From NCBI GenBank assembly GCA_963677435.1, contig OY781945.1, positions 1,344,001-1,408,000 on the forward strand: DNA of 64,000 nucleotides. Reading direction: 5' to 3'. This DNA comes from an uncultured Aliarcobacter sp. GTDB taxonomy: Bacteria; Campylobacterota; Campylobacteria; Campylobacterales; Arcobacteraceae. Shown piece after piece: positions 63,801 to 64,000 of the stretch (position 1 is its first letter; each line of letters opens with the position of its first letter). The position numbers and the translations under genes are program-made. Under the pieces are notes generated by a model, which worked only from the letters and a program-made list of their open reading frames with translations, was not told where the DNA came from and did no database searches.

Positions 63801-64000
63801 TGGAACAGTAAAATTAGCAGATAATAAAAATATAACGTCAGCAGTAATAACAAATGCAAATGATACAGGTACTTTAACATTGTTGGGGACATCAACAGTA
63901 AGTGGACAAGTAGGAGATTCAACAAATAAATTAAAAGTTGTAAACGCAGGAGCAAATGGTGCAACTACAACATTTAGCTCAGATGTTTATGCGACAAACC
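60820..64000 (+). CDS. Very large Thr/Asn/Gly-rich repeat surface protein (autotransporter-like adhesin); runs off the right edge
   Basis: AAGGAG RBS, ATG 60820, stop-free frame to the window end (over 1060 codons): MTFRVVDTRFRILKGGKIGLSLSIALIAG...ANA then beta-rich repeats. Not in the ORF track. Confidence 0.88.
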   Translation, partial: MTFRVVDTRFRILKGGKIGLSLSIALIAGMSTLGSINANATDYFTDVNAGLSTNNYTSGSISLDLQTAGNTGIISVVRTENTSDDIVFKPTSWANSYYDVPSYSSDYYGDASNQQAFTLNKTIDSLVLNLTLASGANTGNISRNATTIYNTDATITVFASDTKNLIQTTSTAYITNLILQGNNTVSGTTDIGNGNIQLDGSATFTGSVTAGSIDVNTTNAVTFNSAVDLSAGTNTLSFNTTGNVILNSDLNGNVTTTANNQGTLTTTGLTQTITGNIGSSVSSDLNTLNIGSSTNSTNYSVTTINGNVYSNSTVLNNNGTTNSSELILSSGKNITSSISTADANMGILTLAGGTQTVTGQVGTNTERLAQINSGANGATSSFVNDVYAVNVTNTGTGTTTFQNDVVATNANVNAGTTTFQDNLTATTTTITTGTGNFNTVSGTTISDIVFSGTGTANLYADLRGNVTTTADNQGILTIIGSSTGKNQTIDGNIGSSSSLDLSTLNIGETGASTNYTVTTITGNVYANNTVLNNGTTNSSELILSSGKNIISNITTADNGKGILTLEGGIQTVTGTVGGTGALLKTVNAGANGATTTFSSDVYATNLNVTGTGEVDLNGNYTGTAITYNADGTVKLADNKNITSAVITNANDTGTLTLLGTSTVSGQVGDSTNKLKVVNAGANGATTTFSSDVYATNLNVTGTGEVDLNGNYTGTAITYNADGTVKLADNKNITSAVITNANDTGTLTLLGTSTVSGQVGDSTNKLKVVNAGANGATTTFSSDVYATNLNVTGTGEVDLNGNYTGTAITYNADGTVKLADNKNITSAVITNANDTGTLTLLGTSTVSGQVGDSTNKLKVVNAGANGEIGTFSSDVYATNLNVTGTGEVDLNGNYTGTAITYNADGTVKLADNKNITSAVITNANDTGTLTLLGTSTVSGQVGDSTNKLKVVNAGANGATTTFSSDVYATNLNVTGTGEVDLNGNYTGTAITYNADGTVKLADNKNITSAVITNANDTGTLTLLGTSTVSGQVGDSTNKLKVVNAGANGATTTFSSDVYATN
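62575..64000 (+). repeat. 273-bp (91-aa) near-perfect tandem repeat: five full units plus a partial sixth
   Basis: Units start GTAAACGCAGGAGC at 62575, 62848, 63121, 63394, 63667 and 63940. Confidence 0.97.

Noticed and set aside
62609..63964. Five repeated His/Leu-rich minus-strand ORFs
   Set aside because: Antisense shadows of the 273-bp coding repeat on the plus strand
62575..64000. Tandem array as a CRISPR or non-coding repeat
   Set aside because: No unique spacers, unit length is a multiple of 3, and it lies within an open frame

Overview
An AT-rich bacterial chromosome segment from the Campylobacterota. The 16S sequence, gene content and gene order point to Arcobacteraceae. It is mostly core genome: a complete rRNA operon (16S-tRNA-Ile-tRNA-Ala-23S-5S) plus a downstream tRNA-Thr, pgm-galU-pgi, upp/uraA, oorDABC, trpF, trpC, the murJ-msbA-pyrD-M16-dapA-SDR-pgsA-rseP-yggS block, radA-ybeY and perR with two rubrerythrins. 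Accessory-looking modules are a minimal ethanolamine operon (eutBC-eat), a voltage-gated cation channel with an acidic TFEDWTD filter, lemA with an M48 protease homologue lacking its zinc ligands, a LysR/MFS/tautomerase unit, and the 5' part of a very large repeat adhesin gene (273-bp tandem repeats) that runs off the right end and is missing from the ORF track. pgsA has a 1-nt frameshift. I saw no IS, integrase, prophage or CRISPR array. The most novel-looking pattern is a recurring inverted repeat between co-oriented genes that pairs an internal promoter's -10 region with the downstream gene's Shine-Dalgarno. All family assignments come from motif recognition by eye; no searches were run.
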